DNA of 64,000 nucleotides from Eledone cirrhosa. Its lineage: Eukaryota. The stretch is taken from assembly GCA_964016885.1 (NCBI GenBank), contig OZ024742.1, positions 265,732,001-265,796,000 of the forward strand, given 5' to 3'. The notes under the pieces were generated by a model, which worked only from the letters and a program-made list of their open reading frames with translations, ran no database searches and was not told where the DNA came from. Position numbers and translations under genes: made by a program. How positions within the stretch are numbered: position 1 is the first letter of the stretch; the number at the start of each line of letters is the position of its first letter. Shown piece after piece: positions 38,150 through 50,459 of the stretch.

Positions 38150-39480
38150 TCGAATCTGGCATTAGGGCACGTATTGTTACATCCTTTGAAATGCCATTGA
38201 GCGTGAATCTTAAAGTTGGTTTTTGCTGACTGGGTGTGTGTCCGTTAGAGGATTTCATACCTTTATAAATGAGGGGCATCTTAGAGAATAATTCTGAACT
38301 AGCTGTTCCTAGCATTCTATGTCGATGCTCATGGCTTTCAGTTTTACCGGTTTACAATCTATTCCTGTAGCGTTTTTGCTTTTTCTGGCAACCAGCTGTT
38401 GGAGTAAAGGGTTTTTGTAGGGATTGCACGTGTTGTTCATGTGAATGATATGACCTGTCCAGAAAGTTTGGTTCTTTTCCAGCAAGGTTTATATTGAAGG
38501 AAGTTTCTTCCACATCTACGAATTTCTTGCTACTTAATGCGCAACAGTCTGCGAAGACATATTGTGTGAACATTCAGCTGTTTGGCATGTCTATCGTAAA
38601 CAGGTCATATCTCGCAGGCATAAAGTAAAACCGAGACTGCATGGTAGACATTAAGCTTCGTAGTAGTGCTGATACATCCAAATCTCTGACTGAGGCGTTG
38701 ACTGTCAATGGTTGAGCTTACTTTAGTTATCCTGGAATCGACTTCATTAACAATGTTGTTGAGAGAAGGCTACACAGATAGGTGAATTTTTCCACTGCCC
38801 AAAGACAGATATCATTGAACGTGGTTTTTGACTCGGTGTATTCGTAGTCTGGTGAGAGTTGGTACCTCACTTCAAAACATCATCAAATTTTATGCCGCAA
38901 GTGGTATAGAGCTTGGTGATACTTTGTTGCATACCGTTTGTAGTGTTATCATTCACAGTCGTCTGCAAAGAGGAGGTCATAAATATTAGATGTTTCAATT
39001 TTAGTAACTGCCTTTAGGCGTGTAATGTTGTGAAGCCCACCATCAAATCTGTAGCGGAGGCAAACTCCCGAAGAAGAATTATCTCGGAAGGCATCTGTGA
39101 GCATTTATTAAAATATCATACTGAACAGTTTTGCTACTAGTACAAACCACTGCTTTACACCATTGCTGACAAGAAAATCTGCTGATAATTCATCATCATC
39201 GAGAACACGAAACTGTCTGACAATGTTTGTAATATGTAGCTTATTGTAGCATCTTTGAGTTCCTGTTTAGGTTTGCTTTGGTTCCAGAAGGACCGGAATA
39301 ATTCCGTCGAATTCTGATATAGAATGGATCCTCTATACTTGTAGACATCTGCTGGTATAGCATCATATCTTGGTGATTTGCCACAGAGCAGTTGCATAAT
39401 GACTTTTGCCAAGGCTCCTTCAATAGAATGATTATCTCGTTTAGATGTCACTGACTTTAGAAATGAATATATCACCGATG
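38150..39480 (-). pseudogene. Highly degenerate RTE-clade LINE reverse transcriptase
   Basis: Minus fragments GKSPRYDAIPADVYK, ELKDATI, DLLFADD, AVEKFTYLCSLLS, TKLNVY..LLYACE. Confidence 0.8.
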
Positions 39481-40229
39481 GTAAAAGCATTGAGAATGTT
39501 TTAGATTCTAAATTTCTTTATTTTAAACAGAGAAATTAAAAATCCCCAACAATCAAAGCTTTGTAGAATTTCCAGTAAACTAATTGCTATGCATTTCTTA
39601 AAATTACATATCACAAACAAGTGTCTTTGTTGTATTAAATCATTTGAAGAAACTGAATATATATAATAAATTCCTGAGGTAGTTTAACATAAAATGGAAT
39701 TAGAATTATCTCTAAATACGACAAATGACCTCCATATCGTCTATAAATAGATAGAAACTGGTTAAAATAAATGTATTAAATTCATCATCTGAACACTTTC
39801 AGTTTTAACGCTATAAACATATTTAACAAAATCTAGAAAAGTAAAATACAGTCATCAATAAACACCAGGGAGTAAAAAAACAAACACAATAAATCAAGTA
39901 CTTAACAGATTTACTATATTCTCCGTATTTAACTAAAATATCCAAACAGTTGAACACTTTTGGTGAAAAACAGCGGCAATATCAGTGGGAATGTTTCATA
40001 CACGTCTAAACAATATAAAATATATATTGAAGCGAATGTGTAAAACATTAACGAAGCGGGGAAGGAGGGTAGAACAAAATGTTTTGCGGTATTTGTTTAA
40101 ATCCCGCTGAGGTCAATTTTGCCCTTCATTCTTTCGGGGATCGGTAAAATAAAGTTCCAGTCGAGGACGTTGAATTAACGGTATGGTTGGAGAATCGGTA
40201 TTCATTACAGCTTTTTCGGTTCTGAGTCC

Positions 40230-40445
40230 AAATTGGTCTACGTGGGTAGAAGATTTAATCCGTCACCTGCTAGACCCCAAGCAAGATGGTTGGATAACAT
40301 CCATGAACTTGGCTGGTCACACTTGAGGATCCAGCCGGATCCGCTGGAGACGGTTATTACTGACAGGTCCTGCTGGAGGGGGAGTGCTTGAGGACTCTTC
40401 CCTCACGATCATCTCAAGAAGAAGAAGAAGAAGATGATGATGATT
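40230..40445 (+). mobile_element. 3' end of an RTE-like LINE with (GAA)n/(GAT)n tail
   Basis: ARPQARWLDNI..LGWSHL...DRSCWR followed by simple-repeat tail. Confidence 0.55.
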
Positions 40446-42266
40446 AGAATTTATGTGTGAAAGCATAGAAATAAGTTTGTGGGGGGATTTTTCTAGTCAA
40501 AAATAGAATTCATTAGAAATTACGTAGAAAATAAAAATTAAATACAATGGCTGTGTGTTTGACCTCACCTGAAATCAGTCCTAAATACTAAGTGAAGAGA
40601 GGTTTTAATGGAATTAAATAAAATATTTATGGTTAATTTAGAATGAGTGGGTAAATAGCGCACCCACATTCTAGAATAAGGTTTATATATAACAGTGATT
40701 AATAAACAACCTACATCAATTAACAAACAAAAATCAAGGAAAGACAGCGGGTGGGAAAAGAAGCAAAAACGTGAAAAATAAGAACAATTATAAAGCAGCT
40801 AAATGTTTCTTTTGTCGAATCTTTTCACAGCCTCCATGTACTGAAAGATCTTTTATATATTTGGTAGATCTTTCTCAATATTTTGCACCTACGATCTTGA
40901 TAGTATTTTAGAGACCAGCTTCAAGATGTTCTCTCTCACAGACAGGTAGTTTCTACATTGGAATAAATGGTGCCGTGAAGTTTCTGGGCATCTCCACAGG
41001 AATCTGGGGGTGATTCTATACGATTGTTCGTGCTAAATATAATTCAAAAGCTTCTTCGAAGCCAACATAGCCTTTGTTTAACCATAGCAGATTGAAATTT
41101 GAGGTAATCCCTAGATTCTTCCAACAATTTCCCCCACTCTTGACTAATGTTTTTGCTATATGATTTGACTTGCAATAGATATGGAATATAGTCTATATAT
41201 ATTATTTATCTTTGTGTTCCCCCTTTGCTAATTTATCAATTGTTGATTTATGGTTTAGAAATATCACTAGATTTCAGAGTAGTTAAATCACATATGGTGA
41301 ATGAGTTATCTTCCTTTTGTTTACATTCTTCGTAAATATTTTTATTCTGTTTGAATAGCTTACTAAATTATATTTGACATGAATTATGTAGTTTAATAAT
41401 ATAAGAACATCTTTAAAAGGAAACTGTAATAATATGTAATTACAGAAGTAAATATAAATTAACGAAATAAAACTTTTGAGAGTAAATATAACAGCAATTT
41501 AATCCTGTAATTATATGATAATTAAAGAATAGAAATAATTTTATAAATAGAATATCCTATTTAAATAAAATAATTCGCCTAAAAAATGATCTCAATATAT
41601 TATATATATTGATGGTGATATATGCATGTATTTTAATATATATTTTAAATGCATGTTTAATAATTATTTAAATTTGCTTTAAAGATAAAAATTTGTTTAA
41701 GTTGTAACAAAATACTTAAGGAATATATTACCTAAACCAAAAACTATAATCTATAATGAGTTAAATTAAATTATATACATTTTTAATTAAACCAATTATG
41801 TGACGGCTATAAAAAGTAATGTATATTGATTAATTTTGATATAATATATAAGTATGATTAGCTTAACCATAATCAAATACAAGAGATATTCAATGGTTTA
41901 TGGTAATTGATTGGTTGCTTCAATTGACCTAATATTTGAATACAACGGTTTTTTCTATCTATCCCCACATATTTTATGTTCCCTCTCTTTTGTCGTTATT
42001 ACTCCTTTCTTCTTCCTCTATTCATCCATCCATTTATTTATTTTTATTCATTTAAATATTTATGTATGTTTTTATTTTTTTTTTTTTTTTTTATTGCTTT
42101 CCTCTTCTTTACACCCTCTCTTATATCTCTAATAATTTTCTTCTTTATGTTTATCATATTATTGTTTGTGGTATATAAATGTTGAGATTTGATGAAATAA
42201 ATCATTGCCAATACAGGAATTGAAATATCAAGACCGTAGAGGTATGTCATTTATCAAATCATATAT

Positions 42267-42326
42267 TTTATCTGACGAGGACGTACTGAAAAAACAACAC
42301 AGTACCTTCTAAATATATATAATAAA
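42267..42326 (+). ncRNA. Hammerhead-fold motif with UAAA in place of GAAA
   Basis: TTTAT-CTGACGA-GGACGTACTG..CAGTACCTTC-TAAA-TATATA-TA-ATAAA. Confidence 0.6.
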
Positions 42327-42475
42327 GCATATATTTTGATGATGTGAATATCTTCATTTGTTAATATTTTGAATAATTTTAAAAATTCCATGAACATTTT
42401 CTTGTTGAGTGCTTTTAATCTATTGTAAAACTGTATTCATTGAGTAATCAATGAACCATATTAATCTTTGGTGTG

Positions 42476-42567
<92 letters not shown>

Positions 42568-42574
<7 letters not shown>

Positions 42575-42712
42575 ATACTTTGGGAGGGTCATGTTGCCAT
42601 TAAAAACACACGCACTTGTATAACCCTCCTAAAGTATAACAATATCTGTTTCAACAAACGTTTCAGATAAGAAATCTCGCAAAACAAATTCAAAAACGAA
42701 TGAATATCTATA
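42568..42712 (+). mobile_element. ~145-bp fold-back remnant of the Nematis-like PLE terminus
   Basis: Left arm is the reverse complement of TGGCAACATGACCCTCCGAAAGTATAACAATA (10188-10219); direct copy at 42622-42643 plus ~65-nt tail. Confidence 0.75.
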
Positions 42713-42734
42713 TATATAAAAATATAAAACTGAT

Positions 42735-42837
<103 letters not shown>

Positions 42838-43038
42838 TCATTTTTGCAAACTCTATACAAATCCACATTTCTACACCAATTAACTTCGAACTTGCATTTA
42901 TATATTCCTTGCCGTCTAAAGATATTAACTGCAGTTTTTACTTTTCAATTTTCTGTTGTTAAAGGGATGTTAGGCGCCGGTTATTGATCTCCGTCGTGCT
43001 CTTATAATATCTGTCTGTATGCCTAGCTGTCTGCATTA

Positions 43039-43265
43039 CGACATTCTGACGAACATTGATGACGTATTATGTTCGCTATTTTCCGTTCATTGCCAGGGAA
43101 CGTCTTCACGAACCAAAGTATCGTCTTCATGTTTTCCTTCGGCTACAACGTTTTTCGAAATATTTACTTCTGTGTTCACAGATTGATGCTTTTAGTTTCA
43201 GAAGATCCCGTTAAGGGTGAAAGCAACGATTCTTTACTTAAACTTTAATCTGTTATTTTAATCTA
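43039..43265 (+). mobile_element. Second copy of the PLE 3' terminus seen at 5148-5352
   Basis: Colinear similarity incl. GTTTCAGAAGATCCCGTTAAGGGTGAAAG..CGATTCTTT.CTTAAACTTTAATCT. Confidence 0.85.
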
Positions 43266-43299
43266 TGTATGTATATATATAAAACTGAGGAAAGATGTA

Positions 43300-43920
43300 T
43301 GTATATCTCTTTCTCTTAATTTCGAGTATATTTTTGACCGGCCACCTTCCTGGTGGCAAGGTTGTAAAAGAAAAGAAATTGTCATCCCTTGAATCGCAAG
43401 AATGTTTTGCAAATTTTGAAGGTGCCATCTATCGCAGCCATTTGTAGACTATGAATTAGGGATCTGCGCTCTTTGTCTGCAAATCCAAGTTCAGTTATGC
43501 ATTGGTCCAAGCGGGTTGGTATATAATCCGTAGCTCCAATAATGATGGGTATGAAGCTAATGGTGTATCTTGGATACTGGATTTGTAAACTCATCATCAA
43601 TGGTCCTCCTTCTCCTGTATTTTTCTGACAACGTTTACATCAAGTGGGCAGCTGATCTCCACAACAGAACACGTTTTCAATGTGTGGTCCCAAACAACAA
43701 TATAAGGCTGGTTGTGCTTTAATTTGGTGGCAGTTTTTATTCTCAGGTACCACCAGTATTCCTTAGTGCCATCTGTCTCAATATATTCTTCCTCGTTTGT
43801 TTTTAATTTTGTTTTCCGAACTGCGTTCCAGATGGTTCTAGCTATCCCATCATGTCTCCTGGGGAGGTAGTAGCGAGATGACATTCTTTCGCAGCTGGCA
43901 ACAATGTAGCTTACATCTTC
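43300..43920 (-). pseudogene. R4/Dong-like LINE 3' fragment (zinc knuckle end + REL endonuclease), frameshifted
   Basis: EDVSYIVASC..YYLPRRHD..WW..IKT..KHNQPYIVVWD..VVEISCPLD..EK; FIPIIIGAT..KICKTFL. Confidence 0.8.
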
Positions 43921-44900
43921 GGGTTTGATGACAATGTCATCACGGCGCTGTAGGCTACACAAAGCGGATAGTTCAGTCTGAGTGAGGTTGGTGCGACCAG
44001 AGAGCTTCTGGAAATTGAAGCAGTTCAAAGTACGACGATAAGTTTACACGAATGTATCAAGGGAGCTGAACTGCCCAAAGCTCGACGTCCACTGTGATTT
44101 TCGGCGGCTTGTGAAACAGTCTGTTTGTGCAGATGGCGGTGTATTATAGAAAAATGCCTGAAGCCTAAAACGACTTAAGAACCGTTCAACCTCAGCACGT
44201 GTTCGTAACTCGTCGTATGGGAATATGGGGGGTATGAAGCATAAACCCCTCACCTGGGTCTCAGCTTCGGATAGTCATGTGGTAAGATGACAACAGTATG
44301 GGAGGTACGTGAAGGAGAGAAACTAGTGGAGGAGGGGCTGAGGTGGTTATGTGTGGCGTGTGTGGAGTCATTGGTGGGGAGAGAAGTGGAGGTGAGGGCG
44401 ATGAAAGAGTGAGTTGAAGGCAATGGAATAGAGGAGTTAGGGCTGGAAGTGAGGTGGGTGTGTGTGTGTTGACGGTAGACAGGGAACGGAGTGTGTCAAG
44501 TTTTAGTTTTTTGATGGAGGTGAGAAAATTGAAGAGGAAACGATTGAGGTAGAGAATGAATTAGACGATGGATTGGGCGAGGAGAGGGTGGCAAGTTGAG
44601 AAGAGAAGGAGGTAGGCCTTAGGGAGATCTCGGTTGAGAGAATTTGAGAGAGGGTGGAATGGGGGGGTAACTGCGCGACATGGCGAGAGGAGCAATTAAT
44701 AATAGGATCAGTGGTGGAAGCTGCGTAGGAGTTTGGGTGGTTGTTGAGGCGGAAACCTCGGGGAATGAGGTGGTGGTTCAGACATCTACTGATGAATGTG
44801 ACGTGGCTGCCGTAGCGGGTTTTGATGTTTGAAAGGAGTTTGGAGAAATTCAAGGAGAATTGGATGCAAATAGGGGGAAAGGAGTGGCGGAAGCATTTGA
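43921..44900 (-). pseudogene. Degenerate N-terminal region of a PLE ORF (Neptune-like)
   Basis: HVTFISRCLNHHLIPRGF, GLCFIP..RFRLQAFF, NLTQTELSAL..L..RDDIVIKP (motif preceding ADKG in PLE RTs). Confidence 0.7.
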
Positions 44901-45671
44901 GACGTGCGATGGAGCTGGTAGAGGAAGTGTTCGAGATAGGGCATGATGCTCCATCTAACACTCGCTAGTGTAGGAAATAGACGTTATGATGAAGAAGCGA
45001 GATGAGTGTGGAAAGATGGTGGAGAAACGACAGGCGGTGCCTAGCGGTATAGCAGAGGAAAATATGTGAGGTAATGGGGGTAATGGAGACAAGAGGTGAA
45101 AACACATAGGTGGAGAGTAGACGGGGGGGGGGGTAGAATGGTGAGATGGAGATGGTAAGAAGGGATAGCCTGAAGAGAATAGTGGAGGAAAAGTGGCAGT
45201 ATGTCGTGGTATATTGGTATAGAGCAAAAACCTATCAGAAAATCCAGTGATCCGAAAAGATATCCAAGTGGAAGTTCAATTAGAGTCCAGGTAAAACAAA
45301 AAATATATTTATATATATTGAACCTTCTTTGATCATGACTGACAATGGGTTTGCACGTGGAAATCCTTTTCCAAGTGCCAGCCTGAGCCATGTCAGTCTC
45401 CTCTCTTCATGTCACTAATGTTGTCAAGTGACGTCGCAACTATTTATCATGTAGCTAAATGAACTGGAATAAAGTCACTCTCTCGCTCTTCACTTTCTCT
45501 CCTCTCTCTCTCTCCTCTCTCTCTCTTTTCTCTCTCTCCCTCTCTCTCTCTCTATATATATATATATATGTGTGTGTGCGTGTGTGTGTGTGTAAGGCCT
45601 GGGTTCAATCGGGGGTAACCACAGTTAGTAAGGTACTCAATACATTAGTAGAGTGTAAACATCAGGTTTAG

Positions 45672-45790
45672 TATAGAAATAGCTTCTAAAGGACTAGAAC
45701 TGTTTTATTCAGAAGAAATCATCAGGAAAGCTTTCCTGGTGATTTCTTTTTGAATGGAACAATTCTAGACATATAGAAGCCATTTCTATA
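45672..45790. repeat. Older imperfect fold-back with degenerate HHR in each arm (related remnant at 34885-34935)
   Basis: Centre AGGAAAG|CTTTCCT; arms carry CTGATGA/CTGGTGA-TTTC..GAAT-(G/A)AA. Confidence 0.65.
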
Positions 45791-46198
45791 TCAAACATTA
45801 TATATATGTGTGTGTCAGTGTTTGTGTGTATGCGTGTGGGTGTGTTTTATGTGTTTGAATATATATATGTATGTGTGTGTATTCATATATACATACATAC
45901 ATACAAATATACGTACATGTATATAAATATACACACACATACAACATGGTAGAGTAACAATAGCTGAAAAGGTAAATTTAAAGCAAAATCAAACAAAAAA
46001 AAGCTTCAAAAATAAAAACTATGTTGACAACTGGGCCAGGTCTCCACCGGTCCTAACTGATACTAATACACCCCTCTATAGACCAGTAGACACAAATACA
46101 CACACGCAGGCACAATCACTGACACACACAAATACATAAACACCGACACGTGTAAATATACACATACACACACAAATATACATATATATATACACACT

Positions 46199-46636
<438 letters not shown>

Positions 46637-46645
46637 CACACACAC

Positions 46646-46677
<32 letters not shown>

Positions 46678-46887
46678 CAGAGAGGGGGGAGAGAGAGACA
46701 TACACACATGCACGCATGTAGACGTAAAGGCACACACCCACACGGTGAACACAAAGAAAGAGTCACAAATACATCTCCACCCATTTCATTGCAATTCCGT
46801 GATCATTCGTATAACCAGCTTGTCTGTCTGTATGTCAAGCACATATACTCGTAGGACGCAAGTAATTACAGAATATCATAGGACATC

Positions 46888-46984
46888 CATACATACATAC
46901 ATACATACATACTTACTTACATATATACATACATACATACGTACATACATACATACTTACATACATACATACATACATACATAC

Positions 46985-47015
<31 letters not shown>

Positions 47016-47036
47016 CATACATACATACATACTTAC

Positions 47037-47067
<31 letters not shown>

Positions 47068-47104
47068 CATACATACTTACATATATACATACATACATAC
47101 ATAC

Positions 47105-47135
<31 letters not shown>

Positions 47136-47137
47136 CA

Positions 47138-47171
<34 letters not shown>

Positions 47172-47180
47172 CATACATAC
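46888..47180. repeat. (CATA)n microsatellite
   Basis: Direct reading. Confidence 0.97.
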
Positions 47181-47218
47181 TATGCAACATGCACTCACAT
47201 AAACACGCATCCACACAA

Positions 47219-47250
<32 letters not shown>

Positions 47251-47425
47251 TCGAGTATCTACATATAAACACAAATGTACTCTTGTTTATTTATCTCTCT
47301 TCCCCCCTCTCTCTCTTTCTCTCTCTCACTCTCTCTCTCTCTCTCTTTATATATATATATATATATATATATATTTGATATATATATATTTGTGTGTGTC
47401 TGTGTGTCTGTGTACATATGTATAC

Positions 47426-47465
<40 letters not shown>

Positions 47466-47842
47466 AGAGAGAGAGAGGGAGAGAGAGGGGGGAGAGAAAC
47501 AGAGAGGGAGAGATAGAGAGTAAGTGAGAGAGAGAGGGAGAAAGTGATAGATCTCCATTGCACTGTTGCCTCCACATGCAAATATGTAGCAGTGTGTATA
47601 TATAACTGATATTGGTTTACCTACACTACATTACAACGCCCAACCATTAGCTAATTGTGCGTAGGACCTGCTCTCAGTTCAAAGAAATCACAATATAAAG
47701 ATAGCGTTCTTTTGTAAGCCTGTTGATGGACCAAAACAACACCCAACGACACATGTGCCACCTCCGCCTTGTCTGTATATCTATATGCCCCGTATGTGTG
47801 TGTGTTTGTGTGTGTGTGTGTGTATGCGTGTGTGTGTGTGTG

Positions 47843-47916
<74 letters not shown>

Positions 47917-48319
47917 TGTGTGTGTGTGTGCATGTGTGTGCGTGTGTGTGTATGATGTGTGTGTAAGTGTATGTGTGTAGGATGGGAAGGTGCGCGTGTC
48001 GATATGATTTATTATCGTCACGACAGAGACAATCGTACATTACTATCAGGACTATCATCATTACCATCCACACGACGACGACAACGGCGATTATGATGAT
48101 AGTGATGATGATGATGATGATAAGCACGACAACGACTATGATAATGATGATTTTTATCATTATCATCATCCTCACCATCCCCATTCTCATCAGTTAAGGA
48201 ACCCAATAGAGGACCTCTGCGGGATAACTTAATCCACTAACAGTAGTGACCAAATCACCCTCAATGCACACCTTTCAGTCTTTGATTATGTAGTCATATA
48301 AACACTCAGGCAACGGGCG

Positions 48320-49030
48320 AAGCTCCCTGTGAGGTTCGGTGATCTCGGCTGCCGATCCGCATCGGATCTGGTACTGCCGGTTTACCTCCTCTCAATCTAC
48401 TCCAGTCGCAACCTCATCAGCGAGGCTCTCAGAAAGATGGCAGGACCTGTGGCTCAAGAACTGGAGTAGGCTCGAGCCAAATGAACCGGTGAAGGTCTCT
48501 CTATCCCCCAGTATACAACTGTCCAACGTAACTGAGATGACATCAAGTGCAGATCTATCTTCAGGCAGATCATATTTGGCGCGGACCCAAACCAACTCAC
48601 CTGCCTCAATTCCGCTTGGCAGCCAAACAGGGGCCCATGGCTCTATTCATGCCCTCCTCATCAACCGGTACCCTTCTTGGTGACGAGTTATCCAACGCCT
48701 CGGCCTTCGCGTTTATGAGCCACACAAATGCCGTTGTGGAGCTGTCGTCAATGCGTTCGGCTGGCACCAACTATCACGCCGCCTGAGCGCAGGGCTGTTC
48801 CACCACTCTCAACGACATAATGAGAAGGAGCCTATACACAGCCGGCTAGTCCAGCGGTTTCCTCTTTTCACCGATCGCCTTCAATACCTCAGGCGTCCTT
48901 GAACCCCGTACAGCTGACCTCCTCCGTAAAATAGGAAAAACAGCAGCCCCTGCCGCTGATCACTGTTCACAGAAATGCCTTTGGCATTTTGTCCGTGGAG
49001 CTCAGTCGAAACACCACTCTGGTGTAGAAT
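48320..49030 (+). pseudogene. Degenerate CRE-clade non-LTR retrotransposon C-terminal fragment
   Basis: Multi-frame pieces GPWL..SSTGTLLGDE..GLRVYEPHKCRCGAVVNAFGWHQLS..LNDIMRRSL. Confidence 0.7.
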
Positions 49031-49864
49031 CTGTCGCCCTCTCTCCTTCTCCCTTTTCTCTCGTTGCCTAATAATCCTTCCTCTTTCCTTCCTTTTCCTC
49101 TCATTTATAGCATTTATAGTACTTTCCAATACTACTTTCTTTTTCTTTATTTATGTTCGACTAAATATTAAATTCTTTATTATTTTCATGAAATTTTATC
49201 TTAGGAATATATTTGAGCATTTTGAAATATAATAATTGATAAATATATTTGTTTTAATTTTTATAAGAAAGCCGTTGGTCGGTTGTATGCTGGATGAGTG
49301 CTGAACCTAGGCTAAATAGTAACAACAACAACAATGAAAAATAGCACTGTTATCATCACCACCACCACCTATCATCTGTAACACCACCCTTGTCACCAAC
49401 AACATCCCCACCACCATCACCATCTTTTGCACTACCATTACCCCCACAATCATCACCACCAATAACACTTCCACTATCTTCACCAGCATCATTACCATCA
49501 CTACCATCACTACCGCCACCAGGACCAATACTACCACAGCAACAAGAATAGTTCCTCCGTGAACACTACAACTAAGGTAACGAAACAGCAAAGAATACGT
49601 TACGACAACCCTCAATCTGCTAGAAATAGCAGCTAAATATACCTTTAAAAAACGTATAAATGCACAATATCTATGGTCTTATTGTCACAGCTGGAAGTCC
49701 ATTTATCATAGTTCCACTTGATCGGTGTTGACCTAGGGCTAAACAACAATAACAATAAGAAAGTCATCACTGTCACACTAGACAAGTGCTTTGATTCAGT
49801 CAAACTTTTCGAATCGAAAAAAGATTCCAACAATGTATATAAACCGCACATTCTGCGTCTTTTT

Positions 49865-50262
49865 TCCGCAGGAGGAGTACATTGCGAGGCCCTTTTGCAA
49901 AACGAATACATAGTGAGGTCTGTTGTGACTCTCCCGCAGAACGAGTACATTATGAGTCGTAGTGTTATGGTCCTTCCAAAGGACTAGTACATGATGAGGG
50001 CAGATGTGGACAGTCCTCCTGCAGAACAATTACATGGTGAGGGTAGATGTGTGTAGCCCTTCCGCAAGATCAGTACATTTCGAGGCTAGTTGTTGTGGCC
50101 CTTCCGAAGAATGAGTACATTGTAAGTCCTGTGGCTGTGACCCTTCTGCAAGAGTAATATATTGTGAGTCCTGATGTTGTGCTCCTATTTCAAGATAAAT
50201 ATATTGTGAATGCTGGTGTGGGGACACTTCCACAAGAGTAGTACATTGTGAATCCTGGGGTA
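49865..50262. repeat. ~10 copies of a 42-bp minisatellite
   Basis: TACAT/TATAT anchor at 49946, 49988, 50031, 50074, 50116, 50158, 50200, 50242. Confidence 0.85.
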
Positions 50263-50344
50263 CCTTGCGTAGCCTACACATTATTTAATGTCAGGTCTTT
50301 TTTAAGACATGATTAGAGGTAGATTTACCTGCTATATCAAGGAG

Positions 50345-50414
50345 GTCGTGGATGGCCGGGGATCGACCCCATACCTGATATCTGCGAAGCAAACATCTTA
50401 ACCACTCGGCTACT
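50345..50414 (-). mobile_element. tRNA-derived SINE head
   Basis: Minus GTAGCCGAGTGGTTAAG (A box) ... GGGGTCGATCCCC (B-box-like); no full cloverleaf. Confidence 0.5.
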
Positions 50415-50459
50415 GAAACAAACAAAATAAGAGTTTATAATGGAGGAAACAGCAATTTC

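Noticed and set aside
39600-40020. Candidate minus-strand micro-exons (also 47620-47720, 49640-49740)
   Set aside because: Splice-like signals are common in AT-rich DNA; most have stops and none gives a recognisable protein
40800-41400. Possible LINE C-terminal remnant on minus strand (CPETSRHHLFQC)
   Set aside because: Too degenerate to assign confidently
49865-50262. CRISPR-like array
   Set aside because: Whole unit is diverged tandem repeat without unique spacers; eukaryotic context, no cas genes
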